From a virus (taxonomy: Duplodnaviria; Caudoviricetes), in IMG/VR virus record IMGVR_UViG_3300021560_000015, positions 12,954 through 76,953 of that record: 64,000 nucleotides of DNA, one strand, 5' to 3'. Numbering within the stretch: position 1 is the stretch's first letter; each line of letters begins with the position of its first letter. Shown one piece after another: positions 26,109 through 34,642 of this stretch. Position numbers and translations under genes: made by a program. Under the pieces are notes generated by a model. It was not told the origin of the DNA. It made no database searches and was given only the letters and a program-made list of their open reading frames with translations.

Positions 26109-26341
26109 TCCTTCTCCTCCTCGTCGTAGCGGCCGAGGCTGAACTCCAGCCCCTGCCGTAGTTCACTGATGTAGGGCTTGCGGCCCCATACCTCTTGGAA
26201 TTCCTGTTCGATCTGGTCGAGAGCGCCGTCCAGAATGTCGGCCGGACCATCGCCCCAGAACTCATCCCGCTCGCTGGCGTTGTCGCGTGGCCCCTGCATT
26301 TCGGCGATGCCGCCGTACTTGCCGGCGTTCCACCAACCCAT
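26105..26341 (-). CDS. Hypothetical protein
   Basis: MGWW...WGDGPADILD...GRKP; coupled to its neighbours. Confidence 0.7.
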   Translation of the reverse strand: MGWWNAGKYGGIAEMQGPRDNASERDEFWGDGPADILDGALDQIEQEFQEVWGRKPYISELRQGLEFSLGRYDEEEKE

Positions 26342-26631
26342 CAGTCCTCCTCTTCAGGTACGTCATCGACCAGCTCGACGCTGGGCCAGTAATAGACCAG
26401 GCCCAGGCCCATCTGATCGCTGCGGACGGCATTGACGATCTCGGCGAACTCGGTCAGCGGATGGTCCGGATCGAGCTCGACATCGTGGGTCAGCTCCTGC
26501 ACAAAGCGGATGAGCTCGCCCATCGAGTGGACGTTGATCGCTAGGCACGTCTTCCCGTACATGAAGCGGCCGCTATAGCTGTAGGGCTTCACATCGAACT
26601 CGTCGAAGTCAGCTCGTCTGACTTGCAGCAC
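26341..26631 (-). CDS. Hypothetical protein
   Basis: YSGRFMYGKTC...DQMGLGLVYYWP; SD GGAAGGAGG. Confidence 0.7.
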   Translation of the reverse strand: MLQVRRADFDEFDVKPYSYSGRFMYGKTCLAINVHSMGELIRFVQELTHDVELDPDHPLTEFAEIVNAVRSDQMGLGLVYYWPSVELVDDVPEEED

Positions 26632-26664
26632 GGCAGAACCTCCTTCCCTGGGGGTGGGTGTGGG

Positions 26665-26955
26665 TCACAGCCAGCCGTTGACGGTGGCTGCGTTGTTCAG
26701 CGCGCAGTCGGTGGCGAAGGCGTCCAGGAAGGCGATCGCGCCCTCGTAGTTGCCCCAGCCGTTGGGTGGGTTCATCGCGCGGTACTTGTCCGGATGCCGG
26801 CGTAGCTCATCAGCCACGCTGGTGAGCATTCCTCCGGTCTCAGTGGCCGGTGCGCCGATCAGCTCCTTCCAGCCGGGGAAACCCGCTGCCCGGAGCATTG
26901 GGCCCAAATTGTAGGTAACGTTGTGGTTGTTACCGAGATGTAGCGGTTCAGGCAT
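26665..26955 (-). CDS. Hypothetical protein
   Basis: NVTYNLGPM...[12 protein letters not shown]; the start may extend to a non-canonical ATC at ~26994. Confidence 0.7.
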   Translation of the reverse strand: MPEPLHLGNNHNVTYNLGPMLRAAGFPGWKELIGAPATETGGMLTSVADELRRHPDKYRAMNPPNGWGNYEGAIAFLDAFATDCALNNAATVNGWL

Positions 26956-27376
26956 CCCCGGCAGTTTGATCTCTAGCCAATAATCTGCGCTGATCGGACC
27001 GCTCCTTCCTTACGCGACGTTCCCGCTCTGCATCGCATCTCCGACACTTCCGTGTCCCGTTCGGGCGGATGCGTGTGTTCTCGAAGCTGAACTCGTGTCC
27101 ACGTTTGCAGTGGGTCTTGCCCCTGTTCCCGTTGCGTTGCCGGCCCTTGGCGGCCATGTCGGCGCTGTTGTCTGCCGCAGTGCCGAGGAACAGGTGCTCC
27201 GGGTTGACGCAGGGCGGGTTGTCACAGCGGTGCAGAACCCGCATCCCATCGGGGATGGGGCCATGCACCGCTGCCCAGGCCAGTCGATGGGCGTACTGCA
27301 TCCGGCCCTCGGAGTACTTCTGGCCGTAGCCGCGGGGCATCCGATAGCCATCGAACTCGATGCAGTCAGCGCTCAC
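26948..27376 (-). CDS. HNH homing endonuclease (HNH_3 type with C-terminal zinc-finger-like domain)
   Basis: AHRLAW...[26 protein letters not shown] and KTHCKRGH...RKCRRC. Confidence 0.9.
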   Translation of the reverse strand: MSADCIEFDGYRMPRGYGQKYSEGRMQYAHRLAWAAVHGPIPDGMRVLHRCDNPPCVNPEHLFLGTAADNSADMAAKGRQRNGNRGKTHCKRGHEFSFENTRIRPNGTRKCRRCDAERERRVRKERSDQRRLLARDQTAGDA

Positions 27377-27639
27377 TTGACCGGCGCCCTACTCGCTGCC
27401 ACACCCAGCTCGGTGAGCCGGTAGTGGACGAGTTGGTGTACCGCGGCACGCCGGTCGGACTTGTAGAGCTTGGTGCGCTCCACCAGCTCGTGTTCGATCA
27501 GCGTGGCGGCCACCTGATGAATGCGGGACACAGTGGCCGGGCTGCGATCGTCGTACAACCGCTCTGCTAGCTCCAGGCCGGTGCGGTACTCCCGGTCCAT
27601 CACCGAGAGCAGGTTGACCTGTCTAGCGGTCAGGCTCAT
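27373..27639 (-). CDS. Winged-helix DNA-binding protein
   Basis: LTARQ..LL...TG.ELAE.L...L.E.ELVER...Y.LTE.G. Confidence 0.6.
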   Translation of the reverse strand: MSLTARQVNLLSVMDREYRTGLELAERLYDDRSPATVSRIHQVAATLIEHELVERTKLYKSDRRAAVHQLVHYRLTELGVAASRAPVK

Positions 27640-27766
27640 AGTCAGGCTCCCTGTCCTCCTCTGACGGTGGTTCCTCGTCCTCCTCAGCCGGCTCGTCGTC
27701 GAACTGATGAGCGGCCTCGAACACGGTCTGATATGCGTACCGCGCGCCGATGTCATAGGGCTGCAT
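27623..27766 (-). CDS. 47-aa acidic peptide
   Basis: SD GGAGAGGAG; D/E-rich C-terminus. Confidence 0.55.
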   Translation of the reverse strand: MQPYDIGARYAYQTVFEAAHQFDDEPAEEDEEPPSEEDREPDYEPDR

Positions 27767-27774
27767 GCCACTCC

Positions 27775-27993
27775 TCTCCCAGGGGCACTCCGCACCCGGA
27801 GCATACGGAGTGCCCCCGACAACGAAAAACCCCGCTGCCATCAGGCAACGGGGCACAAAAAATGTGCCGAGTAGACACCCGGCACAAGGGGGAAATAGGA
27901 AGCACTTCCCTGTGGTCAGTCGCTCCGGCACTCTTCACATTCACTGCGGGTGCTATTCCGAAACGAACTGGGTACGTCCTGTAATAGAACGTA
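27775..27993 (-). ncRNA. Candidate small RNA/attenuator leader
   Basis: ORF-free; lies downstream of a promoter; contains two hairpin+U-tract terminators and a third 11-bp hairpin. Confidence 0.4.
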
Positions 27994-27998
27994 CGTTT

Positions 27999-28027
27999 AT
28001 TATATCAGCCGACCTCCTCGAAGTCGA
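27999..28027 (-). promoter_or_regulatory. SigA-type leftward promoter overlapped by a 21-bp palindrome (27982-28002)
   Basis: TCGACT-N17-TATAAT on the - strand; TAATAGAACGTACGTTTATTA is palindromic with one mismatch. Confidence 0.65.
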
Positions 28028-28217
28028 TCGTGGAGAGGTCGATGTCAGCCAGGCAACCTCGGCACTGGACGGTGAAGTCCTCCGCGTCCATTCCGTCATA
28101 CGTTTTGACGAATCGGTACCCCACCGAGATCACCGTGCCGTTCTCATCGGTCTCGCATTCCGCGGCCACGTAGACGCAGGTGTCTGTGTAGTCCTTCGTG
28201 ACCTCGATCTCGGCCAT
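28005..28217 (-). CDS. Small acidic Cys-containing protein
   Basis: Open frame with CRGC; start uncertain. Confidence 0.55.
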   Translation of the reverse strand: MAEIEVTKDYTDTCVYVAAECETDENGTVISVGYRFVKTYDGMDAEDFTVQCRGCLADIDLSTIDFEEVG

Positions 28218-28266
28218 GCAGCACGAGCTGCGTGGACCTTCTGACGTGCAAACAACCGTGGAGGCT

Positions 28267-28758
28267 TCAGCCACTCGCAGCGGCCCTCCTGGTTTCCCAG
28301 CCCCGTTTGGCAGCAGCGGACCGTCTGGCCTTCTTCTGGTCCTCGACCCACTGGATGTGCTCTGCGCGCATCTCGTCGATGATGGTGTCGACCTCTTTGT
28401 GCAGCACCTCTTCCTCGATCTCATAGAGCTGCGCGGCGATCCGGTAGAGGGCCTTCTTGGTGTTGCCGGCCCCGAACAGCGCGTGCCCGGTGCGCTCGGG
28501 CAGGCCGAGCAGTTCGATCGCGTGGCCGTCGTAGTCCTTGTCCTGGAACTCGGGCAGCAGCAGGCCCAGGTGGTTGGTCATGCCGTGCATCTGGCAGGCC
28601 CAGCCGGCGATACAGCCGGCGGTGCCGCAGGTGCTGTTGTACTTGCGCTGCATCCAGTTGCCCTGTTCCCAGTCCTGCGGGTACATGGTGATGTGCGCCA
28701 TGATCTGGGCAAACAGCTCCCGCCCGGTGGGTACCGGAGCTTCGGTGGGTGTGGTCAT
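28267..28758 (-). CDS. Hypothetical protein, CIAGWAC paralog A
   Basis: HI...P..W.Q..W...CGTAGCIAGWAC; SD AGGAGG. Confidence 0.75.
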   Translation of the reverse strand: MTTPTEAPVPTGRELFAQIMAHITMYPQDWEQGNWMQRKYNSTCGTAGCIAGWACQMHGMTNHLGLLLPEFQDKDYDGHAIELLGLPERTGHALFGAGNTKKALYRIAAQLYEIEEEVLHKEVDTIIDEMRAEHIQWVEDQKKARRSAAAKRGWETRRAAASG

Positions 28759-28767
28759 TCGCTCCTC

Positions 28768-29619
28768 CTAGATGTGGCAATCGCAGTTGGTGAGCATTTC
28801 GTCATCGAGTGAGTCGTAGACCGCGGACACGTGGGCAGCCCAGGCATCCGGATCCATGTCGTTGTGCGACATACCGAACCAGCCCATCTGGCCGGACTCA
28901 TGCCACTCGCCGTCCTTGACGTAGGCGAACGGGACGCCGACGTGCAGCATCTGGCCGGTGATGTAGGACTCGCGCGGGTTCTCCTCGTCCAGGCACCACA
29001 TCTCATGCACCTCCTGCATCCACGGCATGAACCCCTCCTCGCCGGCCAACGCCTTGATGTAGGGGTGCTCGTGGTACTCCGCACGCGCCCTGGCCAACGC
29101 CTCCTCGCGTGGCATATCCACCTCGTAGCGCTCCACCCAGCTGCTGAATCGGCCGGGATGGGGCAGCCCTTTGGTGATCCGCTCGAGCGTGTCGTACTGC
29201 ACGGTCGCCGCAGTGCGCGCCAGGAAGCGCTGGCCGAGCAGATCCCAGTCCTGTTTGAGGATCTGATCGACGTGGCTGCCGTCGATATGCAAGAAGAAGC
29301 CCTCCCAGCGGCCTCCGATCACCCACCAATCCCACTTCGATAAGGGGTTGTAGGTGGAGCGGTACTCCAGCTCGCCCACCTCGCTGACCCGGTAGTCCTC
29401 CGACTCGGCCCAGCCGTCCCTGATGGCTGCAGCCAGCGTGGTGCGCATGTCAGCATCGGCCGGCACCGCATTCTTCTCGCGCAGCTGGTTGAAGATGTAC
29501 CACTCGTCCGGCGAGCCAGCCTCGTGGCGCCAGTAGGGCTCGACACTCGTGTTCTCGTCATACGGTTCCAGCTGGCCATCGACATCATTGCCGATGACCA
29601 CCACGGTGAAGTGGCTCAA
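28768..29619 (-). CDS. Conserved-looking phage hypothetical protein
   Basis: MSHF.V.VIG...YNP.SKWDWWVIGGRW...GEWHE.GQMGWFG...DCH. Confidence 0.8.
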   Translation of the reverse strand: MSHFTVVVIGNDVDGQLEPYDENTSVEPYWRHEAGSPDEWYIFNQLREKNAVPADADMRTTLAAAIRDGWAESEDYRVSEVGELEYRSTYNPLSKWDWWVIGGRWEGFFLHIDGSHVDQILKQDWDLLGQRFLARTAATVQYDTLERITKGLPHPGRFSSWVERYEVDMPREEALARARAEYHEHPYIKALAGEEGFMPWMQEVHEMWCLDEENPRESYITGQMLHVGVPFAYVKDGEWHESGQMGWFGMSHNDMDPDAWAAHVSAVYDSLDDEMLTNCDCHI

Positions 29620-29622
29620 CTT

Positions 29623-29826
29623 TCAACGCCTCCTCGGCAGCCGCATCACATCGGGCAGCCCGAACTCACGTTTGGCCTGTTCGGCGGTGTAGCCCTTATC
29701 GCAGTACAGCCGATCGCCACAGCGCGGGCGCTTGTTCTTGAACTGGGTCTTGCAGATCGGACACCAGCCCTCAGTAATCAGATTGAGGGCCTCGCGCTGG
29801 ATATCGGTCAGCTCGGTCAGTTCCAT
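29623..29826 (-). CDS. Small Cys-rich protein
   Basis: CPIC...C...C. Confidence 0.55.
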   Translation of the reverse strand: MELTELTDIQREALNLITEGWCPICKTQFKNKRPRCGDRLYCDKGYTAEQAKREFGLPDVMRLPRRR

Positions 29827-29902
29827 ACGCACTCCTGGGGATGGGAGTAGGGGCACCGGCGCTGGTCCGGAAGGGGAAAACAGCGCCGGTGCCCGGTCTG
29901 AG

Positions 29903-30481
29903 TTAGCTGATTGCGGCCTTCTCTGCCTTCAGCCGCTTGGTCAGCTCCCGGCGATCGCGTCGGATCTCCGTGGTCCGCGTGTCGACTAGGTGGTACAGCT
30001 CATCCACGTCGATGTTGAACAGGACGGCACCGATCTCATAGACATCGGATTTGTCGTTGTTGCCGTGGAACAGATCCCGATCGTCCATCCACTGACTGGG
30101 GATCTCGAACAGCTCGCAAGCCAAATCGGAGGCGCTGTGGACCGTGCCCTGATACTCGACCGTGGTGCCCTCCATCTCGAGCCAGGCGGTCTCGTCATCG
30201 TCGTCGGTATAGACATGCCCGCACCAGCGCTGCTGCGCGCCGGAGAGCAAGCAGGCCCAGCCGGCGATGCATGCCTTGGTCTTGCAGCTGGGGCCCAGTC
30301 CGACCATCGACTCGAGGACATCGTTGTTCAGGGTGAAGTCCTGGGCCGCTCGAGCCTGCTCGGGCAGCTTGGCGGCCGGCACCATCACCTGCGGTGCCTC
30401 GAACCAGACCGATTGCTTCCAGGCACTGGGTTCCAGTTCGACATGCGCGAGCACTTCGACCAGCAGTTCGGTATTGGCCAC
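29903..30481 (-). CDS. Hypothetical protein, CIAGWAC paralog B
   Basis: HV...P..W.Q..W...CKTKACIAGWAC; SD GGAAGGAG 9 nt before GTG. Confidence 0.75.
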   Translation of the reverse strand: MANTELLVEVLAHVELEPSAWKQSVWFEAPQVMVPAAKLPEQARAAQDFTLNNDVLESMVGLGPSCKTKACIAGWACLLSGAQQRWCGHVYTDDDDETAWLEMEGTTVEYQGTVHSASDLACELFEIPSQWMDDRDLFHGNNDKSDVYEIGAVLFNIDVDELYHLVDTRTTEIRRDRRELTKRLKAEKAAIS

Positions 30482-30523
30482 AGTGGCCAACTCCTTCCGG
30501 TTAGGGGGATTGGGTGGGTGTGG

Positions 30524-30568
30524 AAAAGCAGAAGGCCGGCACTCGCTCCCCCTCAACGAGTGTCGGCC
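30524..30568 (-). terminator. Intrinsic terminator
   Basis: GGCCGACACTCG/CGAGTGCCGGCC stem then TTCTGCTTTT, immediately followed by CCACACCCACC. Confidence 0.6.
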
Positions 30569-30582
30569 TCCGGTCTACGGGG

Positions 30583-31647
30583 TTACCTCACACGCAATAG
30601 CTCGTACGCCTTGTTCTTCACGGCTACAGTCTTGCCGCCGACGACCACGGTGCCGCCGCCGTTGATGGTGCGGATCGCCCTGGCCTTGGCCTTGGACTCG
30701 AGATTGGCCTGGGTGCCACCGGAGGGCGCCACATGATCCTGGTACTCAGCGATCGCGTTGTAGGCACCCCAGCGGGTGAACCGGATGTTCTCCTGGGTCT
30801 CGGCGAACACAAACAGCTGCTTGAGCACACCGCGCCGGCTGCTCCAGTGCTCCATCGCTCGCTCGTGCCGCTTCAGATCATCGGGCAGGTTGGACTCTGG
30901 CTGCGGCTGCACCCAGATCTCGTCGCACACCTTGCGGAACTCGTCCAGGTCCATCTCTTCCTGGATCAGCTTCTCTGCCTCGGCCTGGAACAGTGCGTCG
31001 TAATTGAACGCCAGGCGTAGCGCCTCCCGTGCCTGATCGTGGCGTACCTCGATCGCGGCGGAATGGCGAAAGCTGAATCGGGCCGATTCCATACCCCAGT
31101 CCACCGTGTTCTTGCACACCGGCCTGATGTTGGTCACGAAGCAGACGTTCGCGCCGGTCACATGGTTGACCATGTAGACCAGGTACATCTTGATCCCATC
31201 GCGGCCACCCACCGTGAAGTCCTTCAGGTGGATGGACACGAAGGTGCGTGCGCCGTTCTCGATGGAGCCGGCGGTCTCGTACTCGGCAGCACCGAAGGTC
31301 TGGGTTACTTCACCCAGGAAACCCACGGCCTGCTCGTTCTGGAACGGCATCCAGGTGCGCCCGACAATGCCACCGGGATCGCCCATGATCTCGGGCTCGC
31401 CGGTGAATGGGTTGTCCCGGATGACCACGAACTGACCCGGCACCTCGACCAGCGTGCCGTCGTCCAGTCGCATGTGAACCGGCATCTTGCGCACGTTCCA
31501 GCCGCGCAAGTGCGCAAGATCCAGCACCTCGTCCGCGCTCAGACTGCCCGGCATCACGGTGCCGAGCACATGCCAAGCGCTGATGTTCTGACCCGAGACG
31601 AACGAATACTCGCCAGTCTCAGGGTTCTGCTCGAGCTCGTGACCCAT
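30583..31647 (-). CDS. DUF932 domain protein
   Basis: M.HE...AWH.LG...L.W.V...ETAGS...GARTF...RPVC.NT...H...R..WG.YNA..EY.DH. Confidence 0.85.
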   Translation of the reverse strand: MGHELEQNPETGEYSFVSGQNISAWHVLGTVMPGSLSADEVLDLAHLRGWNVRKMPVHMRLDDGTLVEVPGQFVVIRDNPFTGEPEIMGDPGGIVGRTWMPFQNEQAVGFLGEVTQTFGAAEYETAGSIENGARTFVSIHLKDFTVGGRDGIKMYLVYMVNHVTGANVCFVTNIRPVCKNTVDWGMESARFSFRHSAAIEVRHDQAREALRLAFNYDALFQAEAEKLIQEEMDLDEFRKVCDEIWVQPQPESNLPDDLKRHERAMEHWSSRRGVLKQLFVFAETQENIRFTRWGAYNAIAEYQDHVAPSGGTQANLESKAKARAIRTINGGGTVVVGGKTVAVKNKAYELLRVR

Positions 31648-31903
31648 CGTCTTGCTCCTCCTCGGGGGCGGGTGTGAGGGGTTCGGACATGGTTGGTGTA
31701 CTACGCAGCACTGACGACCACTGGTTGGCCCACATGCTGTCGTGGATCACGCTGGCGGCGGCCGTGGCCAGCTGAGCATGCACGCCGGCCATTGCTATCA
31801 GTCGGTCCGCGGTGGGTCGGGCATTCTCCTCACCGGTGGCCAGCAGCGAGGCTGCCGTGTTGATGTAGTCCTCGGACATCAAATAGTGCTCGGGACCGTT
31901 CAA
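31619..31903 (-). CDS. Hypothetical protein
   Basis: GPEHY...A.VHA.LA.AAA; TTG start after GAGGAG. Confidence 0.6.
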   Translation of the reverse strand: MNGPEHYLMSEDYINTAASLLATGEENARPTADRLIAMAGVHAQLATAAASVIHDSMWANQWSSVLRSTPTMSEPLTPAPEEEQDDGSRARAEP

Positions 31904-32079
31904 CGCTTCCTCCTCATTCGTAGCCCGTGGTAGCGACCTAGCACGCCGCCGCAAAGCAACCCGATCATCCAGACATTCGCGGTTACCACGAGTGAGTCAC
32001 CGACGTAGTTGCTAGCCAGCCAGCCCAGCCCGAACATCGCTGCACCGAGCACGGCCAACTGCCACCAAAAGTGCTTCAC
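31900..32079 (-). CDS. Two-TM membrane protein
   Basis: Two hydrophobic helices and a basic tail; GTGA coupling. Confidence 0.6.
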   Translation of the reverse strand: MKHFWWQLAVLGAAMFGLGWLASNYVGDSLVVTANVWMIGLLCGGVLGRYHGLRMRRKR

Positions 32080-32348
32080 GCCGGTACGGACTCGCGGTCC
32101 CACACCGCAGCATTGCTGGCGATCATGTCGGCCTTAGCCCACCACACCTTGGCTGCGGTGACATCGACGGTGGCCCGGCCCTGCAGGATCGCTTCTCGAA
32201 TGTCCAGCACGGCTAGGTGCGCCTGGTCCGGATCGGTGTAGGGCAGCAGCATGCGGGCCAGGGTGCGCATGCTGTCCTGGTCCACGTCATTGGTACCCGC
32301 CACACAGATCAGTGCGTGGCATACGTCCTGAACGCTCGGTAGGCTCAC
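32076..32348 (-). CDS. Hypothetical protein
   Basis: SD AGGAAGGAG; helical 90 aa. Confidence 0.6.
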   Translation of the reverse strand: MSLPSVQDVCHALICVAGTNDVDQDSMRTLARMLLPYTDPDQAHLAVLDIREAILQGRATVDVTAAKVWWAKADMIASNAAVWDRESVPA

Positions 32349-32385
32349 GTCAGTCTCCTTCCTAGAGGTGGGTGTGGGGACACTC

Positions 32386-32420
32386 GAAACCCCGCCAGAC
32401 TGCGCACCTGGCGGGGTTTC
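32386..32420 (-). terminator. Terminator-like hairpin after erf
   Basis: Perfect 13-bp stem GAAACCCCGCCAG/CTGGCGGGGTTTC. Confidence 0.65.
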
Positions 32421-32427
32421 CTCGTTG

Positions 32428-33165
32428 CTACTCACTTGCTGGTTCCTCCTCGTGTCTGGCCTCGCGGGCTTGCTCGGCCAAGTCTTCGTCCAGCTTCTGC
32501 TTCATCGCGAGCAGCTGATTCTTCAGCTCGCCCCGCCACTGGCCGGCGGCATTGACCTGCCGGCCCAGCTCGAGCAGTGACTCCATGTCGCCCTGGTCGA
32601 CCAGGAACTGGGCATCGGCCAGCCATTCGGCGTCGGTCCTCGCGGGCTGCCGCTCCGGCGCGCGCTCATAAGACTGCGCGTCCGGGTCGGTCTCACCGGT
32701 CGGGATGCACAGCACCTGCAGGATCGCGATGCGGTAGGCCACTGAGAACGCCTTGGGGGTGCCCTTGTCGCCGAAGTCCATCGACTCACCCCAGACCTGC
32801 GCGCGGATGAAATCACCGCGCGGGCCCTTGAAGTGGTAGGTCACCTTGACGGTGGTCTCCCGACTGGGCTTGCCGGTGCTGGTCTGCACATCGCGGTACT
32901 TGGCCTTGGACTTCCAGATCTCGGTCACGATGCCGTGCTTGCGGAACGCCGGGCCGGCTGCATTCACCGCCGCGTCGATGCCGCGGAAGCTGTAGCCCTG
33001 CTGCGGGTTGCGCTCGTCCTTGGGCACCACGCCGACATCGCGCATCACGCGGTTCATCAGCTCTTCCACGGTGGGCGGTTCATTCCTGCCGGCCGCTTCG
33101 TCGTACGCAGCCTTCTCGGCCGCGCCGGCCATTTTGCGGGGTGCTCGCTTACGCGGTTCGGTCAT
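32428..33165 (-). CDS. ERF-family ssDNA annealing protein
   Basis: V.K...N.QQGY.FRGID...P....HG...G...D.GDK...KA...A....L......DPD. Confidence 0.85.
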   Translation of the reverse strand: MTEPRKRAPRKMAGAAEKAAYDEAAGRNEPPTVEELMNRVMRDVGVVPKDERNPQQGYSFRGIDAAVNAAGPAFRKHGIVTEIWKSKAKYRDVQTSTGKPSRETTVKVTYHFKGPRGDFIRAQVWGESMDFGDKGTPKAFSVAYRIAILQVLCIPTGETDPDAQSYERAPERQPARTDAEWLADAQFLVDQGDMESLLELGRQVNAAGQWRGELKNQLLAMKQKLDEDLAEQAREARHEEEPASE

Positions 33166-34088
33166 GTCCCCTCCTTCTGGTCATTACTGCGGTAGACCCA
33201 GGTGGGCCCACCCTTGGCGGGTGTGGTGAACGGGATCAGGTCCGCATCGTGCGGGGCATACTTCTCGAACGCTGCCTTCCACTTCACGCTCGCGCTCGAC
33301 TTGCGCTGATATAGCAGGCCCCAGGGATCACGCACCTTGGTGGCATCGCCAGCCAGCCTGACCATCTCAGCCTGTGCAGCAGCGATCTGCTTGTCCACGG
33401 CCTTGCGCTGGTAACGCAGCTCCTTGTGGTACGCCGCGGCCTCCAGGTACTCCTCATCGGTGCGAACATCAACCAGGGGCGCTCGGTAGGGAGCCGAGCG
33501 CTCCTCTGACGCGATGATCTGCTGGAACGTGTTCATGAACCGGGTCAGCCGCGCCAGCACCGAGAAGTCATCGGCACCGCGCTTGAGGAACCAGGCCTCA
33601 TCACGCATCACGCGCGAGGGCGGTACCAGGCCTTCCGGATACCAGATCAGGAAGTCGCACCACTCGCGCTCCGGGCAGACCTCGAGCTGGATACGCATCT
33701 GGATCTCTTTGGCCGGATGCTGATTCCAATGGCTATAGCGCGCGCGCCAGGGAGCGATGTGCTCGACCAGGCCGTCCTCACCGACCGTGCCGTCCAGCGT
33801 GCAGGACAGCCAGTCGATGTCCGGATGCACCCGGAACAGCTGGTCCATGCCGGTGTGCGTGACGGCCTGGCCGGACATCATTTCGTACTCAGCGATGCCC
33901 TGCGCCTCGTGTCGTTCGCCCCACTCGGTGGCCACGTTGCCGGTGAACTCAGCTTCATCGCCGAACCACTGACGCACCATCTCGCGCATCAGGTCATCAG
34001 GCCCGCCGTACGGGGACTCATCCAATGCCTTGGCTGCCCGCGAGGCGGTCATCATGCCGCGCCGGCGTGGGTCGAGTTCACCGATCAT
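33162..34088 (-). CDS. YqaJ/lambda-exonuclease family protein (atypical catalytic motif)
   Basis: R....TAS...WG...E...Y...HP...WL...LDG...LVEHIAPW; coupled to ERF. Confidence 0.8.
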   Translation of the reverse strand: MIGELDPRRRGMMTASRAAKALDESPYGGPDDLMREMVRQWFGDEAEFTGNVATEWGERHEAQGIAEYEMMSGQAVTHTGMDQLFRVHPDIDWLSCTLDGTVGEDGLVEHIAPWRARYSHWNQHPAKEIQMRIQLEVCPEREWCDFLIWYPEGLVPPSRVMRDEAWFLKRGADDFSVLARLTRFMNTFQQIIASEERSAPYRAPLVDVRTDEEYLEAAAYHKELRYQRKAVDKQIAAAQAEMVRLAGDATKVRDPWGLLYQRKSSASVKWKAAFEKYAPHDADLIPFTTPAKGGPTWVYRSNDQKEGT

Positions 34089-34303
34089 GGCTTCACCGAC
34101 AGGATCTTGACTAGCTGGTGCAGATCCTCAGCGATGGACACCAACGCCAGGTTGGCCGCCATCCGCGAGCTCTCCACTGCCTTCACACCGCCGCGGTTGA
34201 TTGCCGAACTGAGCGGATCCAGCTCTTGCTCACGAGCCATTCGCTGCACGCTCGCGGCCAGGTTCTTGGCCATGTCGAGTGCTGATAACTGTGTCTCGGT
34301 CAT
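34085..34303 (-). CDS. Hypothetical protein
   Basis: SD GAGGAGGAG; 72 aa, helical. Confidence 0.65.
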   Translation of the reverse strand: MTETQLSALDMAKNLAASVQRMAREQELDPLSSAINRGGVKAVESSRMAANLALVSIAEDLHQLVKILSVKP

Positions 34304-34340
34304 GCTCTCCTCCTCATGTGAAGCAAGGTATCGGTGACCT

Positions 34341-34388
34341 ACGACAGAACGAGAGCCCCTCGGGAGGGTGAGGGGCTCTCGCTGTCGT
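34341..34388. terminator. Long hairpin (terminator or processing site)
   Basis: ACGACAG..GAGAGCCCCTC / GAGGGGCTCTC.CTGTCGT. Confidence 0.55.
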
Positions 34389-34399
34389 GATGCTAGCTC

Positions 34400-34642
34400 T
34401 TACTCTGCATGCCTGCGGGGATGTCCGGCGGGCAGCACACAGCCGGCCTGCGGGCATTCCATCCACTCGCCGGTGAAGTTGCGCCGGTGGCCGTTGTCCC
34501 AGCGGATCTGGGTGCGGCTACCCGGCCAGGCGTAATCACGAATCACGCCTTGGTGCACGCCGTGCGCGCCCTTCAGCTCGCACGCGACCTCGGTTTCGTT
34601 CGGGAACGGCCTGACTTTGGCGGGACAGGTCATCTCATTCAC
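34400..34642 (-). CDS. Cys/His-rich small protein
   Basis: C...C...H..H...C...C..PAGH...H. Confidence 0.6.
   Translation of the reverse strand: MNEMTCPAKVRPFPNETEVACELKGAHGVHQGVIRDYAWPGSRTQIRWDNGHRRNFTGEWMECPQAGCVLPAGHPRRHAE

Larger units (their letters stand above)
17873..32377 (-). repeat. Dispersed 11-bp motif CCACACCCACC, 8 exact co-oriented copies
   Basis: The + strand reads GGTGGGTGTGG at 17873, 18792, 21602, 22949, 26653, 28744, 30513 and 32367; near-matches at ~23538, ~24218 and ~31669. Confidence 0.9.

Noticed and set aside
17873-32377. CCACACCC resembles the KLF/CACCC box and yeast telomeric TG1-3, and the phage encodes C2H2 fingers
   Set aside because: The finger recognition positions (G/T/G/G and S/A/G/S) lack the Arg/His residues that read G-rich triplets, so the resemblance is treated as coincidence.
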